DNA of 64,000 nucleotides, from NCBI GenBank assembly GCA_050251055.1, contig JBFWNL010000001.1:747825-811824 (forward strand). The letters are read 5' to 3'. The number at the start of each line of letters is the position of its first letter. Within the stretch, counting starts at the first letter, position 1. The notes under the pieces were generated by a model, which ran no database searches, was not told the origin of the DNA, and saw nothing but the letters and a program-made list of their open reading frames with translations. The position numbers and the translations under genes were made by a program. Origin of the DNA: Bacteriovoracia bacterium (lineage in GTDB: Bacteria; Bdellovibrionota; UBA1018; JBFWNL01). Below, in pieces: positions 38,314-46,720 of the stretch.

Positions 38314-39969
38314 ATGAACCTAAGCAGGCTATTCGTCGTTTCCGTCTGTCTGAGCCTAAGTACGGCATTCGCGCAGGCCAACCCCCCGAAGTCGATCTTC
38401 AAGCCCTCGGACGATATTATCGGCATCATCAACTCGCTTCCCGGCATGTTCGCCGACAACGCGTTCGACGCCGATACCTGCGCGCCCACGCTACAGAAGG
38501 TGGTCGACTACTTCAGCGGTCTACGCGCCACCTCGCCGGCCATGATCCAGCACCGCGACGAGCTGCTCGAGCAGCATGACCAAATCGTGAACCGGCTGTG
38601 GCTGAGCCGCGTTTCGCTGCGCGATCGCATCCGAGCCCTGTATCTCGACGGCAGCTTCACCGCCAACTCGGGCGCCTGCGCGAACGGCCTACGCAACTAC
38701 ACGCGCGTGATCCGCCACGCGGAAGAGTTTCTGATTGGCATCTTCTATAAGGACGCGAAAGTCCCACCCCACTTCGGCGGCGAGGCCCCATCGCTCATGC
38801 TCAACCCTAAGTTCGAAGTCGAGTACGACCGCCAGCACCCGGAGAAAAACTTCCGGTCCGGCGATATCGTGCTTTCCCGCGGCGGCACCAGCATCTCGGC
38901 CACCATCGCGCGCATCTCGAAATACGATCAGCAGTTCTCGCACATCATCCTCGTGTATCGCGATCCGCAGACCGGCCAGGCGTACACGATCGAAGCCCAC
39001 ATCGAGGACGGAGTCACCGTCGCCCCGATCAAGAAAATGCTGGGCGCCAACACGGGACGGGTCACCCTCTTCCGGCATCCCGACGCCGACCTCGCGCATC
39101 GTGCGGCTGAATTCATGTATCGGCTCGCCAAGCGCCGTCAGGATATGGGCGTGAACATCCGTTACGGCTTCAACATGGTGCTCGAAGACTACTTCAGCCG
39201 CCTTCCCGGTCCCGACGCCGTCACCCAGGACGACCTGCACGCCATGTTTTGCCCCGTCGTGATCCGCGACGGCTACGCTTTCGCGTCCCAGCACCAGTTG
39301 ATGGTCCCGATGTTCCAAAGCGAGCTCGGTTTCCGCAACAATCGCTCGGTGCTCGACGCCCTGGGCATCCAGGTCACGCATACCTTTGCCCCCGCCGACA
39401 TCGAGGCCGATCCACGCTTTGAAATGGTGGCCGACTGGCGGCAGACCGACAAGATCGAAGACATGCACCAGATGGACGCGACCCTCACCAAGGTCTTCGA
39501 ATGGGTGAACAAGTACAACTATACGTTCCGACCGGAAGCGAGCGGGCAGTCAGACATGGCGCTCTTCGGCCTTTGGGTGCGCCAGAACGTGCCCGCGCTG
39601 GATATCTTCGGCGTAGTGAAAGATAAGATGCCCCCCTACATGACGCGCTCCCAAGCGGCCATCGTCGGCGTGATCAACTCCGTCGTCGGTAGCGTGCGGG
39701 ACGACTTGGTTAAAAAAGAAGACGCTTACATCGCCGTCCAGAAGAAGGCCTGGAAGAAGCTAAAACCTCGCCCGGCCGAGTTCGTGCCCATGCCGATGAC
39801 TTTTCGCGAGCGGTTGGATGCCCTCGACGACGTACGCGAGGAAGACCTCAAGCGTCACCGCGAGTTCACGAATGCGCCGTTTGACCCGGACGGATACGGC
39901 CCGACGGTCTCGCACTTCCACCGCCAAATCCGCGCGGAAGACGAGCCACCGCTGCGCAAGCAGAAGTAA
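38314..39969 (+). CDS. Secreted permuted papain-like (YiiX/YebB, NlpC/P60) amidase/cysteine hydrolase
   Basis: FRSGDIVLSRG, ATIARI, FSH, IEAHIEDG, YGFNM, MFCPVVI (His before Cys). Confidence 0.8.
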   Translation: MNLSRLFVVSVCLSLSTAFAQANPPKSIFKPSDDIIGIINSLPGMFADNAFDADTCAPTLQKVVDYFSGLRATSPAMIQHRDELLEQHDQIVNRLWLSRVSLRDRIRALYLDGSFTANSGACANGLRNYTRVIRHAEEFLIGIFYKDAKVPPHFGGEAPSLMLNPKFEVEYDRQHPEKNFRSGDIVLSRGGTSISATIARISKYDQQFSHIILVYRDPQTGQAYTIEAHIEDGVTVAPIKKMLGANTGRVTLFRHPDADLAHRAAEFMYRLAKRRQDMGVNIRYGFNMVLEDYFSRLPGPDAVTQDDLHAMFCPVVIRDGYAFASQHQLMVPMFQSELGFRNNRSVLDALGIQVTHTFAPADIEADPRFEMVADWRQTDKIEDMHQMDATLTKVFEWVNKYNYTFRPEASGQSDMALFGLWVRQNVPALDIFGVVKDKMPPYMTRSQAAIVGVINSVVGSVRDDLVKKEDAYIAVQKKAWKKLKPRPAEFVPMPMTFRERLDALDDVREEDLKRHREFTNAPFDPDGYGPTVSHFHRQIRAEDEPPLRKQK

Positions 39970-39972
39970 CGG

Positions 39973-40788
39973 CTATTTGCCTTTGCCTTTTTTCTTGTCG
40001 ACGGAAGTTCCGCCCGTCACATAAAAGGCGGTCGCGAAGGCCTGCTTGCTGCGCACGCGATCGAGCGCCTCGAACATGCCTTCGTTGAAGAGCGTGACGG
40101 TGACGTCGCCCAATTCTTTATCCAAATCAACGGCACCATCGAAGCGAACATAGTAGGAGTCCGGCGTGTTGAAAGTACCGTACTGGTTTTTCACCGCGGC
40201 CGAATAGTCGGCATCGAGACAGGCCACGTCGAAATTCAGATAAACCCCAGCGTAGCTGCCTGGCTCGTATGCGCCTCTCCCCAGTAAAGTGTCGCCCTTG
40301 GGCAAAAATAGGTCTGCGTCCTCTCCCCGGTTCTCATAGATCCGCGGCCCTAGATCGGCGGGGGCGTTCAAAACGACGCCTTCGATCGCACTAAAATCAG
40401 TGGTATCGCTCAACAGAGGCCGCTCACCGGGCGGCGGCGTGGGAATTCCCGGAGGGTTCTGGACGTTCCCGCCGTCGGACGAGCGAGCGTTAGCGCCCAA
40501 CCCGTGGTGGGAAAACCCCAAGGTGGAGTTATCCAAAGACGGCGTGGCGTCGACCGAGTGCGTGCGCCAGTAGATCCCTTTCAAGCAGACAAAGGGCTCG
40601 AAGATCTTGCCGGCCGCATTCATGTATTGGCGATTGATATAGAAATCGACCGTCGCCAAATCCCCCGTGATCGTGCCGCCGCCCGTCTTCACCACATCGC
40701 GCGGAGCGCACCCGGGTTGCGCGAGCGCGAAGGTCGCGACGAGCGCAAAGACAAAAAGTTTTTGAAATAGGCCCGGCCCCCGATTCAT
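39973..40788 (-). CDS. Hypothetical lipoprotein
   Basis: Signal with PGC; KTGGGTITG; TATAAT 7 nt before the ATG. Confidence 0.65.
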   Translation of the reverse strand: MNRGPGLFQKLFVFALVATFALAQPGCAPRDVVKTGGGTITGDLATVDFYINRQYMNAAGKIFEPFVCLKGIYWRTHSVDATPSLDNSTLGFSHHGLGANARSSDGGNVQNPPGIPTPPPGERPLLSDTTDFSAIEGVVLNAPADLGPRIYENRGEDADLFLPKGDTLLGRGAYEPGSYAGVYLNFDVACLDADYSAAVKNQYGTFNTPDSYYVRFDGAVDLDKELGDVTVTLFNEGMFEALDRVRSKQAFATAFYVTGGTSVDKKKGKGK

Positions 40789-40882
40789 CTCTTTAATTAT
40801 AGCGGTTTGCTTCGGGGAGATGGTTAAGTCCGGAGAAAAATCTTGTAGTCAAAATCCGGGAGGGTCGAGCGCGACACGGACG

Positions 40883-41935
40883 CTAGCGCGCTTCAAAAAC
40901 CTTCAATACGTCGATAAAAATACCATATCCACTAACGCTGGCAATCGGCCCGCCTTGGGTCAACGTGCCGGTCACGCTATCGAGGAAAAATCCCGTAATC
41001 TGCCCGCCCCCATCCACCCACGCCCGCTGATGCCAGCGATCGTACGCCATTCGGGTGTTCGCGACGGAAACCAGGTCCATTAGCCGTAAGTCTCCGGAGT
41101 TTAGATCCATGCGATAAATCTCGAGCGTACTGAGCGTCTGCAACAGCAGTAGCTGTTCACCGGGGTGCCAATGCAAGGAGATGACAGCCGCACCAACTGG
41201 GGCGACCGTACCCAGGCGACTCAAAGCGCCGCCCTCTAATATCCGATGGAAGCCGATTCGATTGGAAACCTTTGAATAGAGATATCCACCTTGGGGATGG
41301 ATGCTCGAGGCCTCCAAGTAACTCTGGCCTTCCGCACCGAGGAGTGCTTGCTCGGCCAAAGCCCCCGAAGCCGGATCGAAGGAAAAGTGCCGGATGCCGC
41401 CAGAACGACCAAAGTAGAGTTCCCGCGCATCATCCGAGGACACGATGGAAAAATAGGATGAATCGGCATCCACCGCCCGAGACACCAACAGGGAAAGAGC
41501 CCCCGACGCGTCGACCCGGTACACTTCCAGCACCGATCCCCCGAAATCCGCCTCCGCCACAAATAATAAACTCCCGGATCGATCAAAGAGAATGCGATTG
41601 GGATTTTTCGTTAGCGAGCTTACCCCGATATCCAGCGCGGCTAACGCACCCGACGCCGCCTCTATCCGGGCCGCCAATATACCTGGAGAACCCGTCGCGA
41701 CATAAACGATCGGCAAGGTGGGATGGACCGCGGTCGCCAGGGGTTGGGCAGTGATCGACAAGCGGGAAGCCCGAACCAACCCTCCTCCGGAGTCCATGCC
41801 GTAGGTTTCGATTTCCCCGGTAATGCCAGAGGTAACGACCCGAACCACGTAAAAATGCTCGCGAACCGCGTGATGAAAGCCCGCCGAACATCCCACGATC
41901 GATAGCCCAAGCCATAAGCCCCAAAGGTTCCGCAA
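40883..41935 (-). CDS. Lactonase-type beta-propeller lipoprotein
   Basis: Lipobox IVGC; repeated HP/DP..G.L blades; probable TTG start right after the TIGR02147 stop. Confidence 0.7.
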   Translation of the reverse strand: MRNLWGLWLGLSIVGCSAGFHHAVREHFYVVRVVTSGITGEIETYGMDSGGGLVRASRLSITAQPLATAVHPTLPIVYVATGSPGILAARIEAASGALAALDIGVSSLTKNPNRILFDRSGSLLFVAEADFGGSVLEVYRVDASGALSLLVSRAVDADSSYFSIVSSDDARELYFGRSGGIRHFSFDPASGALAEQALLGAEGQSYLEASSIHPQGGYLYSKVSNRIGFHRILEGGALSRLGTVAPVGAAVISLHWHPGEQLLLLQTLSTLEIYRMDLNSGDLRLMDLVSVANTRMAYDRWHQRAWVDGGGQITGFFLDSVTGTLTQGGPIASVSGYGIFIDVLKVFEAR

Positions 41936-41936
41936 T

Positions 41937-42806
41937 TTACTCGGCCCCCCCGCCCGCGGTGGGAAACGCGGCAAAGCTCAGGTGATAGACCCGATCGCGC
42001 GACTCATTCGCTTCCGTTACCGCCCGGATTTTTTCCACCGCTTCATCCACGATGGCCCGAACCTGGTCGTACACCTCTTGGTTCACGCCGATCGTATAGC
42101 TACGGAACATGCGTTGCTCGCGCGGCACGGTGTTGAATGCGTCGGCGGCCATGCCCAGCATCGTTTTGTGGAACTCGGACAACGCCAGGCGGTACACTCC
42201 GCCCACGGCCTTCACATGCTTTCCTTCCGGAAAGCCCGCGCCCTTCCCCAAAGGTGCAATGTAGTCGTGATCGAGTAAGAACTTCAGCGCCAGCTTGATT
42301 TCCCGTAATGGGACTTGGGTCTTGAGACGTTTCTGGATCCAGTTCGCGTCGAGCTTGAATCCCTGTAGACCCGCCATCTCGCGGATCGTCACGTAATACC
42401 ATTTGCTAAGATAGCGATAGGTCTCGAACTCATTCGGGTTGAGCTTGCGGTAGGTCCGGAAATTCTGGATAGCCTGGTAGGCCCCTTGCTTCTCAAACTC
42501 GCTCTGGCTTTCGGCGAGCGTCCTTAGCGCGCGCAGATAGTTGGCTTCCGCCGGCGCCAGCTCCATGTGCGGGATCATTTTTTCCAGCACTTCCACATGC
42601 AAGGCCCGCGTGCCGTTCAGGATAAAGGGCAGGAAGGCGTGGGACATGTCCGCCCGTTTCGCGAACTTCCGAAGCGACAACTTCTCCACCTGCTTCTTAT
42701 AAGCGAACCAAGCCTTCAGATATTCTCGCAGGTCGTGGAAGAGATGAATATCCGGCGCGGCGGTGGCCGAAACGGGTTGGTTGGAGGTAGTTTTAGCGTC
42801 GCTCAT
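41937..42806 (-). CDS. TIGR02147 / DUF4423 family protein (HTH-containing putative regulator)
   Basis: LREYLKAWF, LSLRKFAKRADMS, KWYYVTIREM, FHKTML, VYHLSFAAFP. Confidence 0.9.
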   Translation of the reverse strand: MSDAKTTSNQPVSATAAPDIHLFHDLREYLKAWFAYKKQVEKLSLRKFAKRADMSHAFLPFILNGTRALHVEVLEKMIPHMELAPAEANYLRALRTLAESQSEFEKQGAYQAIQNFRTYRKLNPNEFETYRYLSKWYYVTIREMAGLQGFKLDANWIQKRLKTQVPLREIKLALKFLLDHDYIAPLGKGAGFPEGKHVKAVGGVYRLALSEFHKTMLGMAADAFNTVPREQRMFRSYTIGVNQEVYDQVRAIVDEAVEKIRAVTEANESRDRVYHLSFAAFPTAGGGAE

Positions 42807-42849
42807 CTCTCCTTCATTGTAAGTGCCGAACAACTCGGGGTCAAATTTA

Positions 42850-42956
42850 TTGACTACAAATATAAAACATATAAAAATAAGTAATTAATAAATATTTGTT
42901 ATTATTAAATAATTATAAAATTTTACATATTTTTGTCTACAAATTAAAAACATATA
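42850..42956. repeat. 24-bp imperfect direct repeat in AT-rich divergent promoter region
   Basis: TTGACTACAAATATAAAACATATA (42850-42873) vs TTGTCTACAAATTAAAAACATATA (42933-42956), 21/24 identical. Confidence 0.75.
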
Positions 42957-42957
42957 T

Positions 42958-42986
42958 TTGACTTTGACTCATTGCGTTGATATTCT
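42958..42986 (+). promoter_or_regulatory. sigma70 promoter for the secreted-protein genes
   Basis: TTGACT-N17-TATTCT with extended -10 TG. Confidence 0.65.
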
Positions 42987-43045
42987 GGTCGTGTATCGGG
43001 GATCTGAAAAAAAACAAACCAGGGGTGGTTTCAGAGGGGGCACGA

Positions 43046-43462
43046 ATGAAGAACTTAGGATGGATCGCGAGCCTTGTCATTGGCTGCATGTTTTCGATCA
43101 CCAACTCGACCCAAGCCAGCGATTGCAGCAAAGCATACGACCAGTGCATGCAACGCGCACAAGAAGACTTCGACCGGATCATGAGAAACTGCGGCAACGG
43201 CACCTCCGATCAACAGTGGATGTGCCTGCGGAGAGCACGCACAGGGTATTGTACGGCTTCGGCGTTTTGCCGCGTCCGCTTAGTGGGTTGCAGTATAAAT
43301 CCCACCGACCCCGATCAGGTTGTCAAACCCGACGTGATACAGATCTGGAACGCCTGCCAAAAAAATCCAGACCCAGGACCGCAAACCGTATCCGAACTCA
43401 ATCTGAATCTGGACACCCAAGCCATCGAAGCGCTGAACAACACAGCTTACGAAACTCGGTAA
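43046..43462 (+). CDS. Small secreted Cys-rich protein
   Basis: GAGGGG RBS; signal ending TQA-S; 8 Cys in the mature part. Confidence 0.7.
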   Translation: MKNLGWIASLVIGCMFSITNSTQASDCSKAYDQCMQRAQEDFDRIMRNCGNGTSDQQWMCLRRARTGYCTASAFCRVRLVGCSINPTDPDQVVKPDVIQIWNACQKNPDPGPQTVSELNLNLDTQAIEALNNTAYETR

Positions 43463-43634
43463 TCGATCTATCTACGAGGGGGCAAAATGAAAAACGGAAG
43501 ACCAGACAGAGAAGAATAAAAGTTTCGGCACCCAATAATGCGCCGGGATCGGGTTTACGCCTTATTCCCTACCTAAACGACCACGGTCCCGGCGCAACTC
43601 AACTCAGAAACAGGTCAAAACCAAAGGAGACGAT

Positions 43635-44138
43635 ATGCAATTTAAATGGAGAACTAGCGTGATCGGATTCGCCCTGCCTTTATTCATCGGCCATCTACCC
43701 AATGCCTACGCCGTGGTTGCCGTTAACACCGACAGCTGCAAAGAAACGTCGATTGAAGAAATTCTATCGGAATGCAAGGGCCTCTCGCGAAACGAACCCG
43801 ACACCAAGCGCATTCGTCATTTATATGGGTCACTCTGCAACGAAGTCAGAAACGCATTAGAAACTAGTTCGATGTGTTTAGAAATAGAAGACATCTTCGC
43901 GTTAGTCGCCTGCAAAGAAGTCTGCGACTATTACGGAGAACGAATTCGCAGGCAGGACGAGAGCCGTCAGCAGAGCCAAATCAGGGAAGAAAACCACCAA
44001 GAGATCCTTGATAAACAGCAATTTCTACTTTGCCAGCAATACGACACCCACACTCCGCAGGGTAAAGCCGACTATTGCGCAAACTGTGAACGCGTCACCA
44101 ATCCCATTATCTTTCGCGAGATATGCGGCGGAAGGTAA
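43635..44138 (+). CDS. Small secreted Cys-rich protein
   Basis: AAGGAG RBS; signal ending AYA-V; 10 Cys including CxxxC and CxxC. Confidence 0.7.
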   Translation: MQFKWRTSVIGFALPLFIGHLPNAYAVVAVNTDSCKETSIEEILSECKGLSRNEPDTKRIRHLYGSLCNEVRNALETSSMCLEIEDIFALVACKEVCDYYGERIRRQDESRQQSQIREENHQEILDKQQFLLCQQYDTHTPQGKADYCANCERVTNPIIFREICGGR

Positions 44139-44226
44139 CAGAATAGTTCGCTCGTCGGTGGATCATAATCCGTTGGTTTCCACCGACGAGCGGCAAATTC
44201 AATACTTAATGAAAGTAGAGGGCCAT

Positions 44227-45999
44227 ATGAAACAGCTAAGCATTTTTATCATCACGACCACCTTCCTATTGGGATGCGCGCAGTCCCCAGGGGACGCCGA
44301 CCTTCGGGCGAGTAAATCTCGCAGCTTAAGCCACCAACAGATTACAAGCGCCACAACCCCCTCTACACCGACCACTCCCGCCGACGCCTTCGCGGACGTG
44401 AAACGAAGCGTGGTGATTCGCTGGACATACACGGATCCCGCCACCGAAATCACCCGCGTGTTCGATCTGGGAACCGTCGCTCAAGCCGAATTCGATGAGA
44501 TCGTTGGCGAATTCGGCCATCTGCGGCAGGCCGCCGAGGCCGCCTACAACCAGTCGGTCTCGGAAGTCGTCGGCCTCTTTGACGGCTTGAGCGTCGACTG
44601 GGCTAACCCTAACAGCACGCTCAGTACACTACAGCGCGACACGCTTGCCAACGTGTTAAAGCAAGCGGAAGGCCGCCAGCTTCAACTTTGGTTTGACCTC
44701 AATGGACGAGGATTCTACGGATCTCCTGCCAATACGGCGACCGGCGTCCACCGCATCCAGCTGACCCGAGCCAACTCCTACCGTACGCTTCGTGGCTTGT
44801 TCCTTCACGAGTCCGGTCACATGTATGCCTGGGCCATGGGCCTGCCGTTCAGTGATCTGTTCGCCAGAGATGTGGTTATCCACAATCGCGCTCAAGTCCT
44901 TCTGGCGAGTGAAACCTGGGCCAATCTCGTCAGTGAAGATCTGCGTGGCCTCAGCGCAGAAGTACGACTCGAGAAAGCGCTCGCGAAGACCTACGCGACC
45001 TACGGACCAGAAATTGCGGTGGCAATCGGCGGGAGCGTCACTTCGAGCGAGTGGACTCGCTTTGTCTCCTACTTTCCCGAGTTTGAGCGGCTGAACCCGT
45101 TTCAAAAGTTTGACCTTATCATCCGTATGGCTCAGCAAGGAAAGCGTTTTTCGAGCCATCTATTGGCGGCGGATTCGAACCCGGGAAATCGTGCGATCGC
45201 CCAACGCATCTTTAACGAAGTGATGGAAGATCGGGGCACGACGGGCAAATTCCTGATCGCACTATACGAAGGATCCGAGCTTTCGGCCGAAGAGGCGGCC
45301 ACCCTCGTGGCGCGAGCCAGGGCCAATGGGCTATGGCGGGGCATGAACTCAGGCTCACACCTGAACCAAGCGATCCGAAACAATCACGCTGCGCGCTCGG
45401 TCGCCCGCATTTCCGCCCGCCCGAATCCCGTATTCCGCTCCGCGCGCGTGATCGGATTTACCGTACTGAATGGATTTTTCGCTTATCGCGATTTCCGTCG
45501 AGCGCACGAGACGATGATGACCGAAGACTACATAAATTCTTCGATCCTCGCGATTGCCAGCTTCGTCCCGCATCCACTGGCTTTCTGGTTCACCATCAAC
45601 CTCGTCGCAGGAAACATCATCGCCGAATATGCGATCATTCCAGAAATCGAAGCCGAAGCCCAGGCCCACGAAAATCGGGAAAATTTCTTCGCGGTGGCCA
45701 ATCAGCTTTTTTACCACGAGGTGAAGCAGGTTCGACAAGCGATCGACGCGTTCTTGGCGGGACAGATTAGCCAGACGGAGATGGATCGGCGCATCGCCGC
45801 TACCACCATCGGCCAAACATCCATGGATACGATGGAAGCCATTCACTTCATGGCGAACGTTGGCCTTGGACAGGAATTTGCCAACTACGTCGCGCGCCAT
45901 CCAATTCGATCGCGCTGGAGCTTCGGAGGAAAACCATGCTTCAAGCCGAGCTATGAAGGGCAATCGCTTAACCCAAGCCTAGAGTGTTGGCTCGACTAA
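44227..45999 (+). CDS. Lipoprotein with HEXXH zinc-metallopeptidase-like motif
   Basis: Lipobox LLGC; LFLHESGHMY with downstream SETWA; hydrophobic C-terminal segments. Confidence 0.6.
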   Translation: MKQLSIFIITTTFLLGCAQSPGDADLRASKSRSLSHQQITSATTPSTPTTPADAFADVKRSVVIRWTYTDPATEITRVFDLGTVAQAEFDEIVGEFGHLRQAAEAAYNQSVSEVVGLFDGLSVDWANPNSTLSTLQRDTLANVLKQAEGRQLQLWFDLNGRGFYGSPANTATGVHRIQLTRANSYRTLRGLFLHESGHMYAWAMGLPFSDLFARDVVIHNRAQVLLASETWANLVSEDLRGLSAEVRLEKALAKTYATYGPEIAVAIGGSVTSSEWTRFVSYFPEFERLNPFQKFDLIIRMAQQGKRFSSHLLAADSNPGNRAIAQRIFNEVMEDRGTTGKFLIALYEGSELSAEEAATLVARARANGLWRGMNSGSHLNQAIRNNHAARSVARISARPNPVFRSARVIGFTVLNGFFAYRDFRRAHETMMTEDYINSSILAIASFVPHPLAFWFTINLVAGNIIAEYAIIPEIEAEAQAHENRENFFAVANQLFYHEVKQVRQAIDAFLAGQISQTEMDRRIAATTIGQTSMDTMEAIHFMANVGLGQEFANYVARHPIRSRWSFGGKPCFKPSYEGQSLNPSLECWLD

Positions 46000-46124
46000 G
46001 GCGGATAACTCGAGGTGAGGCCCGAGCGCGGCAGTCCGCAGCCTCTGGCAAGATTGGTAACTCATTTTTTCCAGGGTCACGGGGTGGTACATCGGCCCAG
46101 AAGTCACCCGAAGCCTGGAGAATA

Positions 46125-46186
46125 GCGGGACCAAAACCGGGATAACAAGTAAGTCCCTATCCCTAGTACCTCGGTTTTGGTCCCGC
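46125..46186. repeat. 15-bp perfect inverted repeat
   Basis: GCGGGACCAAAACCG (46125-46139) / CGGTTTTGGTCCCGC (46172-46186). Confidence 0.8.
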
Positions 46187-46266
46187 GATTTTGAGAGTGG
46201 GAGTTGATTTTAATGCAACGCGTTGATACAATTAAAACTGGGGATCAGGCCAGGCACGGGGGTATC

Positions 46267-46689
46267 TTGAAAAAATCCTATATTTTTCTGTGGGTTATCT
46301 TAGCCTTGGGCACTTCTCCATCCATAGGTTTTGCCGCCCAGGCATCCAATCCGGGGCCAGGCCCGAGTCCAAGCCCAAGTGGAGAGCCCCCCAAAGACGA
46401 CGGCAAGAACGGAGACAAGGACGAAAAAGCCGACGCATCCACGCCGAAAGCCTGCCGCGAACTTGCTTCCCGCCTGAGCTGTGGTCCACGCAAGACCTGC
46501 CACCTCGACGTGGCAAACTGCCTCGCCGGTCGCGAGATCGACGCAAAGGACGGAGAAACTGGAACCGAAAAAGGCGAAAGCAAACTCGAACAACCGCTCG
46601 AAACGAACCGGGGCGACGTTTACAATGTGCAGTCGACAGGGTCAATCGACCGGGGACTGGCGGGCGACGGCCGCTTCGAGGCGAACTAG
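46267..46689 (+). CDS. Small secreted hypothetical protein
   Basis: Probable TTG start, signal ending GFA-A, Pro-rich linker, 4 Cys. Confidence 0.55.
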   Translation: MKKSYIFLWVILALGTSPSIGFAAQASNPGPGPSPSPSGEPPKDDGKNGDKDEKADASTPKACRELASRLSCGPRKTCHLDVANCLAGREIDAKDGETGTEKGESKLEQPLETNRGDVYNVQSTGSIDRGLAGDGRFEAN

Positions 46690-46720
46690 CGTCGCGGGCG
46701 TGCCCCCCTCAAGGGCGCCA

